Source: a virus. From it: DNA of 64,000 nt. Where the stretch lies: IMG/VR virus record IMGVR_UViG_3300032080_000001, positions 59,874 through 123,873 of that record, one strand, 5' to 3'. Positions within the stretch are counted from its first letter, which is position 1. Each line of letters starts with the position of its first letter. The notes under the pieces are model-generated. The model had not been told where the DNA came from. It did no database searches and saw nothing but the letters and a program-made list of their open reading frames with translations. A program made the position numbers and the translations under genes. Shown here in pieces: positions 41,426 through 55,042 of the stretch.

Positions 41426-44400
41426 ACCAGCCGCTGCAACGCCTTACGGACACCGCGACCACCGAGACGCCGGACATCTCAGAGATGGTGGAGGTGTACC
41501 GTTGCGGGGATGAGTGGAAGACAGTCCATACGGTCTACTTCCGTCCACGCGACCAGAAGCACTTCCTGCACTTCCGCGCGTACGGAGCAGGGGACGCGTG
41601 GGACGCTCTGGAGCCTCCGGAAGGGTGAATAGAATGAATTACGACCTGACGTACGACCCGCAGCGCAGCGGCTACGAAGCGGGCAAGGACGACAAGGAGT
41701 TCCGCCGCCCGCTGTACTGCTCGTACGACCCGGCGGAGATGGACTTCGGTTTTTACCGACGCGGATACGACGAAGCCACCCTGGGTTTGGCGGTTGACGA
41801 ATACGGCTTCGACTACTGGGACGCTGCTGCTTACGACGAGAAACACGACCCGTGGTGCCGCTGCTTCTACTGCTACGTGGACGAGGAGTAACATGGCGCA
41901 ATTTTTCGGCACCGTGCAGGGCGGCGGTAAGAAGGAGCAGACCGCCACCGGGACGGCCGCCTCCGGTCTTGTCACGAACGCGGCCAGCGCGCAGGGGTCG
42001 GTGCAGGTACGTCTAACACACGACAAGGCGACCGGTCTGGATGTGGCGCGGGTGTCGCTGGAACCGTGGGAGGGCGCGGGGGCCTCGCGCGTGCTGTACG
42101 ACGGTCCGGTGGGTGATTCCCGTGCCGAACCCGGCAAGCGCCGTTCCCTCCCCACCGCCGCCGCGTTGGTAGACCGAGCGGAGCGATTGCAGGAGGAGTT
42201 CAACCGGCGGCAGGCCGAGCAACTGGGCGCCTTGGCTGACGAGCGGCTGGCGCTTATGGCGGCCGAATTCCGCAAGCACTACCCGAAGCGCCGCCTGCGC
42301 ATCTTATTCGGCATGGGCTCCTACTACGTGGACCTCGACGGTCGTCCCGTCCAGTTCTGGCAGCGGGAGGACTTTAGCGGGTGGGAAGTCAGGCGCGGCG
42401 ACTGGTACGCTCAATGGGAGGGGAAGCTCGGGCATGCCCTCAACCTCCCGCTGCCGACGACGCCGGGGCTGGCGCTTATCCACGACGCGCTGGGGGACGT
42501 GGAGCGCATCTGTGGCGATTTCACGCTGGCCGCACCCAACGACCTGACCGTCACCCCGGAGGCCAAGTGACCGTAGAACAATCGAATGCAGACTTCATCC
42601 GGCTGGAGAACAGCTTCGGAAACCCCTGCACGCTGGACCGGGAGGACGTGCTGCTGGTCCTGCGCACGACCCTCCGCGACGGGCTCATCTCGGATGACGA
42701 TGTACTGAGCCTTCTTGCAGAGGAGGGCGCATGAGGTGGACGAGACCACACTGCGGAGCTACGCGGTACGTCAAGCGCTTCCTCTGGTGGCCGAAAACCA
42801 TCGGCGCCCAAACAAGGTGGTTGGAGTGGGCCACTTGGAAAGAAGTGTACCGGTGCTATGAACTGGGGCAATGGTGGGCCCCCGACCGGTGGCTAACCTC
42901 GTGAACCCGTATGACCCACTCTCGGAGGCCGCGCGTGAGGTGTGATAACGACCAACCGTTCACAGGACGCTTTCGACCGCTCGGCGGGTGCCCCGGCGGC
43001 GAGGCCACGATGGAGGCTTGCCTCTTCAACGCAGGTAAGCTGGTGGAGACCAAGCACCTCTGCACCATGTGCTCTGGCGCCTACGTGAAGCGGCACCACG
43101 TCCACGGCACCAACCGGGTGAAGCTCCGCGCGTTGCCGAAACCTTCGGGGATGAGCTGGCGGGAGTACCTGTTCGGCCGCAAGAAGCCTCGGCGCATCGT
43201 CGTATGAACCCTTGACAAATTCGTAAGACCCGATTATCTTACGAACGTTCGCCCGCTGACCACGACGACGACGAAAGGCAAGACCATGTGCATCGACTCG
43301 ACCAACTCGCGCGGCTTCAACGACCCCGAGCTTCGTACCGCCTCGCAGCGGACGTTCGCCAAGCCCACCAACTTCGGTCTGCCCTACGGCCGCGCTGCGT
43401 CCGCCGAGCGCTCGACCGAGTACGTCGGCCTGAGCACGCCGGTGACGGCCGCCAGCCCGTACCCCGGCAAGCTGGTGAGCGCCGCGCCGACGACCGAGCG
43501 CACCACGGCCGCCGTGGCGGCCGGGTACACCTCCCCCATCTCCATCGGGGGCGTGCCGCAGTTCTCCTTCGCACGCCACACCGCCACCGGTGCCGTGTAC
43601 GTCCGCGCCCACGGCGTCTGGAACTTCGTCCGCGACGAAGGCGTGTACGAGAACGGCCGCCTGCTGGACATCGGCTTCCGCGAGGCCGAGACGTGGCGAG
43701 AATTCGCCAAGAACGGCTGAGACGAACAACCCTGACGACCACGCAACGAAAGGCTCCACGCATGACGACCGAGCTGACCCTCCCCACCGTTCCGCACAAC
43801 GGCCTCGACGTGCCCCTGTACGTCTTCTTCTTCGAGACGCTGCCCGCCCTGCGTGCCGACGCGCAGCGGCAGAATCCCGGTGCCTATGACGGCCGGGGAC
43901 AGCTGCTCTCCGGCAAGAACGCGGACGTGGAGTGGCTGACCAGCGTGCTCGCGGCCATCGAACCCCACGAGGGCAAGAAGGTGAAGACCCCGTACGAGGA
44001 CGCGCTGTGGGGCCTCGGACTGGTTCTGGACGTGGGCCGCAAGGAGGGCATCGGGAACCACGTGGTCATCGCCACGCGCGCCAACGCGCAGGAACGCGTC
44101 AACCTCTACGTGGTCGGCGGCATCCGAGGGCTGGTGGAGGCCGTGCGCGAACGCCTCAAGCTCGCCAAGCAGCAAGCCGAGCGTCTGGCGCAGGCGCAGG
44201 CCGAAGCCGAGGAGCGGCAGCGCATGCTGTCCAACTTCGACGGCTTTGACTTCTCCCCGCTGACCCACCCCGCCTACTGGCGCTCTGTACTGGACCTGAC
44301 CGGGAAGACCTCGGGCTACGGGTCGCGGAATGGCCGGGAGAGCATCTCCGGCCTGCGCTACCTGCTCAACATCAGCAGTAGCCTTATGAAGAGCGGCTAC

Positions 44401-47400
44401 CCGGTCGAGCTGGTCCGGAGCATCGAAGAGGCCATCCGGACCACGCTGGAGGAAGTGGCGGTGCTGGAGAAGGTCTTCCGCAGTGACGCGTGGGACGCGG
44501 TCGTGGCGCGCCTCGCGGCGCCCGAGACCACGGTGACGGGACTGCTGGTGGCCGCGCCGGAGCCGAGCGAGGATGCGCAGGAAGCCGACTACGAAGTCGT
44601 GACCGACGCGGTGTGACCGGGGAAGAGAGGGGCGGGAGAGTAACTTCCGCCCCTCTCTCTGGTCTCCCTTGACAAAACGTTGTGACCCGGTTACATTCGA
44701 GAGCGATCACTCGGAACGACCACGACGACGAAAGGCTGTACGATGGCGACGACGCGCAAGGGTCCGAAGCTCGGGCGGGACTACTTCAAGGACAAGGTGA
44801 AGAAGTTGGTGGCGCAGACGCGTCGCCACATCACGGCGCGCGCAGGCGTGCCTTCCGTCGAAGAGGGCACGCGACTGCGCATCTTCTCCGAGGTGCAGAC
44901 GCGCGTGGACCTGGGCGAGTCGCTGGAGACCCTGCGCGACGAGTTCGCGGCAGAGGTCGAGCGCCTTCCCAAGAGAGGGGGAGCCTCCGAGGCGTCCCAC
45001 GCGGTAGACGCGGCGCGGCGCGCGTACTACGCCGCGCAGGAAGCACACCGGGTGAACCACCCCAAGCCCGCACCGGGCTCCCCGTGCAGCGACAAGGATG
45101 CTGAGGAGCCGGAGGAGCATCCGGACGTGGTCGCCGCGCGCGCAACGTGGCACACGGCGGTGACCACGTACGAGACGTGGGTCGCACGGATTCAGGCGTA
45201 CAACGAGCTTCACGAGGCCGTTCTCATCGCCATCTCCGACGAGGACCAGCTCAACCAGACGAACGCCCGCAGCGTGCCCGCCCACGACGGACTGCCCGGC
45301 TACGTGGTGTCGCAGTACCCGCCCGTGCGGGCCGTGGCGGGGCGGAAGCAGCACTACCCCTTCGAGGTGGTGGTGGACGGGATTCCGGGGCAGTTCCGAG
45401 TCTCGTACCAACTGCTGGAGCACGCCAACAATGGAGGTACCCGCGTCGTTCCCGGTGCCCGCGCCGTGCCTGACGCGTTGCGCGAGCGCGGGGCGAAGAT
45501 GGAGGAGTTCGTCGCCTACTTCGAAGAGGTGCTGCGGGGTTTGGACCTGAACGGCAAGTACGTGTACGACGTGATGGCCCTAGACGGCGGTGACCCGTTT
45601 TGGGGCACGGGGTACGATATCCTGCGGCAGGGCGCCCGTTCGTTCCTGACCGAGGCAGAAGCAGAGCAGTCCATCCGCGCCGGGTACACCTTCGGGAGCC
45701 AGAACCTCGTGCTGCTGGTGCAGCGCCGCGACCGCAAGACGGGGGACGCCAAGGTCGTTCAGAAGTGGGGACGGGGCCCGGCGGTAACCGACCGATACGG
45801 CAACTGCACGGCGAAGATGGTGCAGGTGCCGGTGAACACCCCGCTGGACAAGGTGCTGGAGGTCTCCCGCAAGGGGTCCGAGAACGAGCCGGGGCCGCGC
45901 GGCGCGGAGAAGGTGACGAAGCTGCCGAGAGGTACGTCCCCCGCCGAGGCGCCGGACGCGCTGCCGGACACGGCGAGCACCGACCACGACACGCAGCAAG
46001 CCACGCTGGAGCGGGCGGCCGAGGCCATCTCCGCCGGTTCGTAAGAATCACCTTCACGGGGCCGGGCGAACACCCGGCCCTCACTGCTTATGCCCATCGT
46101 ACGCGAGCAGGTCATTCCGGATATGTTCGGGGACAAGCTGGGCTCTATCGACCTCTTTCGTCCAGACGACCCCGCAAGTGAGGCAGGCCCCAACAACCCG
46201 TTCGCAGGGTGGGATACCGTCTGGCTTCACCTCCGGGTGCAAGCAAGCAAAAGCGACGAGGCGTTCAACCTGTTACAGGCCATCGCCCTGCGTCTGCCGG
46301 GCGTGAACGAGGAACTGTCGCCGGAGAACCCGACCGCGCCCGAGACGCTGCCAACCGACACGGTCGGGCGTTACACGTTGCTGTTGAAGCTGCTGACGGA
46401 ATTCGAGGCCGACCAGATGATGGAGTCGGGCGGCGAGACGGATGATGGCATAGCGCACGTGGTATCGCTTGTGGAGAGCACCCTGCTGGAGCTGTAAGAC
46501 CGCCCTTGACAAATTCTTATGACCCCATTATGTTAGGTGCCTGTTCACCGACGCACCCGAGCTGACGAACACGGATGAGAAATTACGAACGCGGCAGACA
46601 CTTCCGCCCGCAGGCGAAGCCCATTCTCGGTATTCCTCACGACAGGCTTGCCGCGCTGCGCGCCGTGGCGAAGAACAGCACGAGGCCGCCGCAGCGTCTT
46701 CTCGACCGCTTGGAAGGAGAAGGTCTCCTGCACGTAGCCAAGAACGGGCGCGTCACCTTGACCGACCTCGGCCGCGCGGAGGTGGCTTTCTACAACCAGT
46801 ATCCGACGAAGGTGCGCTGCTGATGCCCGCCGCCTGCATGGACCGCTACGCGGTCCGGCTCACGCGACTGGGAGTGGAGGTCTGGTCCTCCTCTCACTTC
46901 GCCTTGAGCGAAGAGCACGCGGTCAGCATCGCCCGCAAGCTCGCCGCCGGGGCAGGGAAGACGTGGGACACGGTGTGGTGCACGGCACAGCACCCTTGAC
47001 AAGCGTCAACGACCCTATTAAATTAAGCACACGTTGACCTGACGAACCGCAGAAAGGCACGACCGCAGTGGACACAACGCTTGAACACGCAAAGAGCGTC
47101 GCGGAAGAAGCTCTGTCTCGCCTAACCGGTACGGCAGCGGATATCCGGGCCAAGATGGAGGCCGGTGGCTACCTCTACGGTAGAGCGCACCAGAGAAATT
47201 GCCCGCTGGCGCACTACCTTCGGGCGGTGATTAACGACCGCCGGGTGGACGTGCTTGTCAATGCCCACGCCGGAGTTCAACTCACGCGCTACGAACTGGA
47301 GAGACAAGGACAGCCGTGGTACACTGTGTTGCCTCTACCGAATAACGTCACAGACTTCGTGCGCGGATGGGATGAAGAAGTCATTCAGAACCGCCGAGCG

Positions 47401-50400
47401 GCCCGGCCGCAGAAAGGCATCCCGGCATGACGACCACTTACGAGACGGCGACTAACGAGCAGACCGTCCGCAGCGGCATCGAGCGCGCCTTGAACGAGCT
47501 GTCCGCCTACGGCACCCCCGCCGACATCCGGGTCGCGCTGGAGCAGGGTGGCTTCCTGCGCGGCACCAACTCCGGCTCCAACTGCCCGGTCTACCACTAC
47601 CTGTGCGAGCAAGTACCTACCGCCGACGCGCACATCATGACGGTCGGTAGCGTGGAAGTCCTGCTGATTGATTCGAGCGGCGACGTGCCTATTCCCGAAC
47701 CCGTCCGCGACTTCATCGGCGGGTGGGACGAGGAGTACCGCAAGACCCACGTCTTGCGCCTGCCCGCCAACTCTCCTCTGGCCTCCGTCCCCGGCGAGTT
47801 CTCCAGCCCGTTCGGAGACCTGGGATGAGCGCCGACGCCCTCCTTCACGCCGTGAACCTCCGGGACGGGCGAGAGGCGAGCGTGCGTAAGAACCGCCGCC
47901 GGGGTGCGCGCTTCGTGCTGGCCGTGTACATCCCGAGCCTACGCCCAGTCCCGGCGCGGCCCACGGTGCTGCACCTCGACTGCGAGGACCTGATGGCGGC
48001 CCTCGCTCACCTCCAGCCTGACGAGGGCTGGCGGGTCTTCGAGTAGCGCCAGCTTCATACGCACCTACAACCCATCGTAAGAAAGGGACGGGTATGAAAG
48101 AGATTCAGGACTGGGTGACGCGGAACCGGTGCCCTCTTCGCATCGACGTGAAGCCGGGCGGGCGCGTAGAGGTGAGCAACGACACCGCCGACGACGCCGA
48201 AGGCTTCTTGAGCAGCCCGTGTTTCGACAGTCTCATTTCCGGTGGGGGAGACAGTATCGAAGACGCGTGGTCCAACTTCATCAGCGCATGGACGCAGGAA
48301 GAGACCGAGGACGCCGCATTCGAGGCTTGGCTGGAGCTGAACGACACGGACTTCGACTTCACCCGGCGCCCCTGAGAAAACGGCCCGGCCGGGGGCCGTC
48401 TTCGTCGTGCCCTTGACAAATCACCATGACCCTATTATGTTCAAGGCACGTTGAACCGATCACGCACGACGAAAGGACGCACATGGCCGACCTCACTGTG
48501 GTAGTTGCGAAAGACCGCCTGCTGGACACCATCGCGACGTTCACTGGCGGCCGTTACTACGGCGACCTGACGCAGGCGGAGCAGGACTACCTGCGCAAGG
48601 CGGGGCGGCTGCTGGCCCTGCCGGACGACTCCCCCGAAGCCCTGCCCCTTGCCAAGGAGCTGGACCTCGTCAACGGCGAAGAGTACCTGTACGCGGAGGG
48701 GAAGTGATGGCCGCCGCCGAGAAGAGGGTTCACCTCGCCGCCGCGCTCCCATTCAACGCGGCCACGAAGGAGTACGACACCTCCGTCCTGCTGAACGGGA
48801 CGGCCCTTGTGGTCCCCGCCTGCGCGACGGAGGGACTCAAGCCGCGTCTGACTCTGGTACTGGGCGAGGTGACGTGCAGCAGATGCCGGATGCTGGTCAT
48901 CCGCACGACGGGCAAATACCCTGCGCAGCACGCGTAGCAAAGCAAGTGGACCGCGCGCGGTCACCCACAAACGAAAGGCTGCACAGTGCATCGCTTCAAC
49001 GAGGGCGACCGCGTACAGACGCGGGTGGAGCAGGTGGACCACGACGAGAACGACGTGCGCCGCGTGACCCCGGCAGGCACGTTGGGCATGGTGGAGCACC
49101 GTATCACCTACGGCCACGTCCCGCCGGGCGCACAGGACGGAGTCTGCGCCGAGTACCACGTTCGATTTGACAACGGTGCGTGGCTGGTCTTCCACGAGGG
49201 CCCGGCGGTCAACGACGTGGACGAACTGGAGGCCGCCTCAGCTTCATAGCACGCGCCAGCTTCATACGCAGCGCAGGATTCATACGAAGGAAGCCCGCGC
49301 ACGGGGCCAGGGAAGAGATAGACCGGACCACGCGATTTAGTCTGGCGGCCGGGGAGTCCTCTTCTCGGCCCCTTGACAAACCAGTCTGACCCTATTAAGT
49401 TCAGGGCAGGTTGAAACAAGGGAAGCACACCCGATCAGAAAGGCACGACCGATGAAGCTGCACATCACTGCCCCGCAGACCGCCGAGCTGGACGGCATCT
49501 ACCTGCACGTCACCTACAACTCGGCGTTCTGGCTCGGGAGCGCCAACACTGCGTATGACTTGGCCTTCCCGGCGGACCGGGAAAAGCTCGGCCTCGGCTT
49601 CGTCCCGACGCACTACAGCATCGACGGCGACCTGACCTTCCTGCCGCTGCACGGCCGGGCCACGGTGGAAGAGGACATGGAGGACTGGGGCGAGTCCGGA
49701 CTGCCGGTCGCTCTCCGCGCGGTCTTCATCGACCCACAGGGCGTGACCTTGACGCACCCGGACGGCCGCACGGAGCGACTGGACTTCGTGGAAGACCTTC
49801 TGCCCTATAACGGGTGCTTCTACGGCGATTTCGAGGTGTTCCCCCGTGTGGAGGACTGAGCCATGCGCGTCGTCATCGAGACCCGAGAGAACGCGGAGTT
49901 CAACCCGCGTACCGACCTGCCGGACGAGCGGTACGAAGCGTACGTGGTGGACGGGCCGGACTACATCTACGGTGTGACCGCGTACGGCGAGGACGCCAAC
50001 GACGCATTCGGCCAGCTCCGAGATGACCTGACCTTCGTGCACCCGGTGCTGGACCCGCGAATCAGCGGAATCGCGGTATACTGGGTGCACAATCCGAACT
50101 GAACTTTCGAGCGCCCCGTCTACCCGGCCGGGCGCTCGTTCTTTACCCCTTGACAAATCACCCCGACCCGATTAAATTCCCTACGTGTTCACAAACAACA
50201 CTAACACGAGGGAGCCGCCGCCATGATCGAGTACCGCATCCGCGTGGAGCAGGAAGACATCCCGGTACGGGGCAACATCATCGACTCCGGGGACCCCGCG
50301 TACGACCGGCGCGTAGAGAACGGGATTCTCCGGCGACTGGACGCGGGTGACGTGTGGGCCTGGGCGCTCGTAACCGTGGAATGTGTGGTGGACGGGCTCG

Positions 50401-51619
50401 TGCTGGGACGCTCCTCGCTGGGCGGCTGCTCGTACAAGAACGAGCGCGACTTCATCCGGTCCAGCGGCCATTACGATTACCTCAAGGCCGAGGCGCTGGC
50501 CGAGGCCCGCGCGCACGCGGAGAAGGTGTGTGCGGCGTTCGCCCCGGTGGCCGAGTAGTGGCCGCCCCTCGCCGGTACGAAGTGGCAGTGATGTTCACGA
50601 ACGGGGTGCGGACGACTGTGGTGGTTCACGCCCCCACCCCTGACGGCGCGCGTACCGCCGCCCGGAAGCGGATGCGCCAGCTTTTCCCCGGCCGGGCTGT
50701 AGCCCGCGCCCACGTACTGGAAAGGACGCACCATGCTGTCTCTCCGAAGGACCGCACCAAAGGAACGCGGGAGCAAGCAGCAGCGGACACGCCTGCGGCT
50801 CTACGTGTGGGAAAACGTGTTCTGCGACTACTCGTGTGGAATCGCCTTCGCCCTCGCCCATAGCGAGGCGCAAGCACGGCGACTGGTGAAAGGCCAAGGA
50901 TACGAGTACTCCGCGCGACGTGGACGGGCCGCCTACGAGCGTGTACGACTTCACCAGCGCCCCCGTGGGTTACGCGGTGTCGGGAGGGGGATGAACCCCG
51001 CCCCTTGACAAACACCACTGACCCCTTTAGATTAGGCCATGTACAAGCCGGGCGGCACTTCACCGCCCGGACCTTTACCAACCTGGGGGCGATCATGGCC
51101 GACTACCCGACCTTTACTCTCGATACCAAGTACGGCCCGTTCACCGTGACGGTGTTGGACCCGACGCCCAGTGAGGAAGAGCAGCGTCGCAACGGGGTGC
51201 ACGCGCGGGAAGAGCGGCTGTTCATCATCAGCGGTAAGGCCACCATCAACCGCGTCCCGCTACGGGTGGACGCCTCGTTCACCCGCTACCCTCAGCGTGA
51301 CCCCGAGACCGGGCAACCCGTTGTCCCGCACGCGTGGTACCTACGGTACGCAGGCTACGGCGTAGTGCGCACGGACCGCCGCAACGAGATTCCGGAGGGT
51401 GTGCGGAAGGCGGTAACGCAGGACCTCGCAGACGCGGCGTTCGCCCTCGTCACGCAGGAGCACATCCGCGCGGCCCGCGTGGCACGTCTCACGGACGACG
51501 CGGACCGCAAGCGCCAAGAGGCCGAAAGCCTGACGCAGCGAGCCGCCGAAGCCATGCGGGAAGCCGACGAACTGTGGTACCGCGCGCAGCGGCTACTACA
51601 TCTCGGCTCCGAGACCTGA
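41422..51619 (+). other. Promoter-headed early-gene cassettes of unknown function (e.g. 41634-41891, 41893-42570, 42911-43207, 43286-43720, 43762-44616, 44743-46044, 46090-46497, 46575-46823, 47068-47430, 47427-47828, 48094-48375, 48483-48707, 48986-49249, 49452-49859, 49863-50102, 50223-50558, 51095-51619)
   Basis: Each group follows a consensus promoter and RBS; no recognised families. Confidence 0.65.
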
Positions 51620-51764
51620 GCCAGCTTCATACAACAGGGGCGCCAGCTTCATAGAGCGGCGCCCCGTTCCTAGCTTCATACCGCCAGCTTCATACGGATT
51701 CGTAGCCAGCTTCATAGCCAGCGGCTCGGTTCGTGGCCGCCAGCTTCATACCGCCAGCTTCATA
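51620..51764. repeat. Cluster of 7 (GCC)AGCTTCATA direct repeats
   Basis: Copies at 51620, 51642, 51671 (partial), 51683, 51705, 51739, 51753; outliers near 48048, 49241 and 49255. Confidence 0.9.
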
Positions 51765-51858
51765 CGGCGCGCCAGCCAGATTTCACGGGCGCGAAAAGGG
51801 GCGGAGCCGATTTCACGGCCCCGCCCCGTTTGGTGTGTCCACCCCGTGGGCATTCAGT

Positions 51859-52143
51859 TTACGCCAGTTCTTCCACGTGACCCTCTTCCGCGTACACCAG
51901 CGAGGGCGCGGCGCCGTTTACCGTCCGGTAGGCGCATACTTCGCTGTGCTCCCGCAGAAGCGCTCTTACGAACGCATCCGCCGTCTCCAGAGGCACCCCG
52001 CCGAACTCAAGGAACGTCGTCGGCTCCATCCCCCACGTGCCGAACCCGAACCCCTGCGAGACTGACCCCGCCAGCCCGGCCGCCTGTCCGCGCGCCGCTA
52101 CCGTCTCCGGTGCCACGTTCGCCACCGCGTAGCGAACAACCAT
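51859..52143 (-). CDS. Hypothetical protein (rare minus-strand gene)
   Basis: Own consensus promoter at 52234(-) and GAGG RBS. Confidence 0.65.
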   Translation of the reverse strand: MVVRYAVANVAPETVAARGQAAGLAGSVSQGFGFGTWGMEPTTFLEFGGVPLETADAFVRALLREHSEVCAYRTVNGAAPSLVYAEEGHVEELA

Positions 52144-52995
52144 GCTTCCTCGCTTTCCCCCCAGTCGTGTGAAGTGCCGCCCGGCGCGATTGCCGAACGG
52201 GGAGGAACGTATACGGGTCACCGAAATTTGTCAAGGGACGACGGCCGCAACCTGCACCCCTTGACAAGTCCGGGCGACACGGTTAATGTACCGGTACGCT
52301 ACCGGCGCGATAGCGACGGGGCCACCACTTCAAACCGGGAGGAACAACCAATGTTCAAAGCCATTTTGGGCCGGATGCGGGGCAACGCGGTCACGATCAA
52401 GACCGCAGGCGCGCCGGACTGGCGGGAGATTCTGCCGGGTCTCGTGGCGTCGGACGTGCGCCGCAAGGGCGCCCCGCGCACGCTGCTGGAGTGGAACGAA
52501 CGCCAGTTCAAGCTGGCCGTGCTGGTTTCGCTGTTTTACGAAGTAGACCGGTTGGACGTGCTGCCTCTGGTGGCGCTGGAGTGGCCCAAGCACGCGCCGC
52601 GCACCTACGCCGCGTAGCCGCCCGTCAACTTCTTACGAAGGAGCGTAGCCATGAACTGGGCCCGCTTTGACCGCATCCACAGCGCGCGCAGCGTCCGCCT
52701 GCGGGTGGACACTGTGCAGACAGACAACATCGTCCGGCGCGCCCTCAATATCCTTGACCCGGCCGCCGCCCGTGTAGCGCTGTCGGCACGCGCTCGTCTG
52801 GCCGCTTCTATCGGACGGAACAAGGCGTACGACTTCAAGCGCCGCATTCCCGGCGCACCCCACCCGCTCCCGCCGAACATACTGCGTCGCGCGCTCCGTC
52901 GCGTGGCCCTTGACAAGTATTCCTGACCCGTATAGCTTGACTGCACACGAGCCGCACACGGCGGCCCGCACACTCACGGCGCGAAGGCAAGAGCA

Positions 52996-53754
52996 ATGCG
53001 AAACGGGGTTAAGTGGCTGAGGGACGCGGCCAGCGAGTACGCGCGCCAGAACTGGCGCCGGTTCAACCTGCGCGAGTACATCCGGTGCAATCCCTACGTG
53101 GCCGTTCCGGAACAGCAGGCGCGCTATCTGGCGGACTTGTTCGAGACGCTGCCGCACACGCCGCAGCTCCCGCGCATCCAACGCAGCTACGCCGCACTCG
53201 CGCGGGAGCTGCTGCACCAATGGGACGTACTCCGCGCGTTCGGACTAGAGATGCGCCCCTTTCAGGGCGAAGGGGAACCCTACGCCAACTCTGCCGCCAT
53301 GCTGGCGGACGTGCGCGAGAACCGGCGGCTGTACTTCCTGCCTACGGCGGGCGCGTTCGGAGAGACGGGGGACGCCTCAGACAGGGCCGCCCATCCGTTG
53401 CTCGCCTCAGCCGGGGTTACGGTAGACGGGGTGCCGCTGCTGCTGAACGACGTTTTCCGGGCTGTACACGACGCTTTCGGCCACGCGGCGGAAGGGTTTG
53501 AGTTCGGCCCGCGCGGGGAGCACAACGCGTGGATTGCGCACGCCCGGATGTTCTCCAGAGAGGCGCGTCTCGCGCTTGCTATCGAGACGCGCGCGCAAAA
53601 TTCATGGGTGAACTACGGCGCCCACCTGCGGCGCCCGGACGGAAGCCTGCCGCGCAAGGGAGACGCGGACTACGTGCCTCTGTCGGAGCGGCCCTTCGCA
53701 CCGCAAAAGCTGGTGGACTTGCCGGACGCCTTTGTGCATCCGCCTATCCCTTGA
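52996..53754 (+). CDS. Stand-alone conserved phage domain (FRAVHDxFGH...ETRxQNSWVN)
   Basis: Motifs recalled from large phage polyvalent proteins; not verified by search. Confidence 0.55.
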   Translation: MRNGVKWLRDAASEYARQNWRRFNLREYIRCNPYVAVPEQQARYLADLFETLPHTPQLPRIQRSYAALARELLHQWDVLRAFGLEMRPFQGEGEPYANSAAMLADVRENRRLYFLPTAGAFGETGDASDRAAHPLLASAGVTVDGVPLLLNDVFRAVHDAFGHAAEGFEFGPRGEHNAWIAHARMFSREARLALAIETRAQNSWVNYGAHLRRPDGSLPRKGDADYVPLSERPFAPQKLVDLPDAFVHPPIP

Positions 53755-54304
53755 CAAGTGTCCATGCCCCTTATATCCTGACGGGGGCCGGGCACACAGT
53801 GAACCAGCGAACGCGAGAACGAGCCATGCCGCGCGGGTACCTTACCATCTACCGTGTCGAATGCGCAGAGCGCCGAACGGGCGTGTACTACACGACAAGC
53901 GTGCTTGACGGGACGGCGGCCGAGCACCGGCCCGGCCCGTACGAGGACGGGCTAGGGGACAAGCTGTGGGGTGACCTGCCTTGGGAAGAACAACGGCAGT
54001 ACTATTTCGGCTTCCGCAGCGTGGATGCGCTACAGCGCTGGTTTGACTGCGCGCAGGAGCGGCGCAGGTGCGTTGAAGAGGTTCCAACGCTCCGCGTGAA
54101 CGTGTATCAGGTTCCCGCGTCCCACGTTCTTACCGGAAGCGCACAGGCGGTGTTCAAGCTGGACCACGCCAAGTGCGTGGGCGCCCTGTGCTTTGAGACC
54201 TTGTATCCGGTACCCCTTGACAAGTGGAACTGACCCGTATACGTTGATTGTCGAAGGGCGCACGCACAAGGCAGGGCGCCTCGCACCCAAGGGAAGCACG
54301 ATCA

Positions 54305-55042
54305 ATGACCAGCACGGCGAACGCGGCGGCTCGCGACCTGTCCAGCGGCGCGCGCAACATCCTCTCCGTCTACTACGCGGCCGGGCCGGTGGAGACGGAC
54401 TACGGGATGACGTGGTACACTACCGCGCACATGATCGCGCGTGCTCTGGCGAACGCACACGCGGGCCAGACTGACCCGGTGCACGGGCGCGGGGTGACGC
54501 TTGAGGCGGTTGCCGCCGTCCTCTCGGCCCTGTCCCCGTCCAACGCATGGGCCACGAACGTGCGCGACGCGGACAAGATGTTGTCGGTGTTCATGGCGGG
54601 CGGGAAGCTGGCGGACTTCACCGTCTCCACCTACAACGCGAACAAGCGCAAGGCGTGGGCGATTCTTACGGGCGCCCTGACTCCGGCGGAGGCGTTCGGT
54701 AAGAACACCTCGCTTAAGACCCGCGCGTTCTGGCGGAACATCCTTGACCCGCACTCCGCGTGCGCCCATGTCGTTGTGGACGGGCACGCCTACGGTATCT
54801 GGCTTGGGGAGCGGCGCCCTCTCGCGAAAACACCGAAGCTGTCTCCCAAGCTGTACCAGACGGTTGCGGATGCGTACGCAGAGGCCGCCCGCGCGGTTGG
54901 CGTGGCGCCCTCGCAGATGCAGGCGGTGACGTGGGTGACGTGGCGGAACCTGCACAACGTGGGGGAGTTGTCCCCTCAGTATGACTTGTTCGGGGAGCGG
55001 CCCGGCAAGAGCAGCGCGCCCACGCTCCCGGTGGCCGCCTGA
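54305..55042 (+). CDS. HhH-GPD DNA-glycosylase-like protein (DUF7178-like)
   Basis: WY, ALSP...W..N, KTRAF..NI, VVDGH, QMQAVTW. Confidence 0.6.
   Translation: MTSTANAAARDLSSGARNILSVYYAAGPVETDYGMTWYTTAHMIARALANAHAGQTDPVHGRGVTLEAVAAVLSALSPSNAWATNVRDADKMLSVFMAGGKLADFTVSTYNANKRKAWAILTGALTPAEAFGKNTSLKTRAFWRNILDPHSACAHVVVDGHAYGIWLGERRPLAKTPKLSPKLYQTVADAYAEAARAVGVAPSQMQAVTWVTWRNLHNVGELSPQYDLFGERPGKSSAPTLPVAA

Noticed and set aside
26894-48980. Recurrent ACGAAAGG as a novel motif
   Set aside because: Sits 6-10 nt before start codons and is explained as a Shine-Dalgarno variant.
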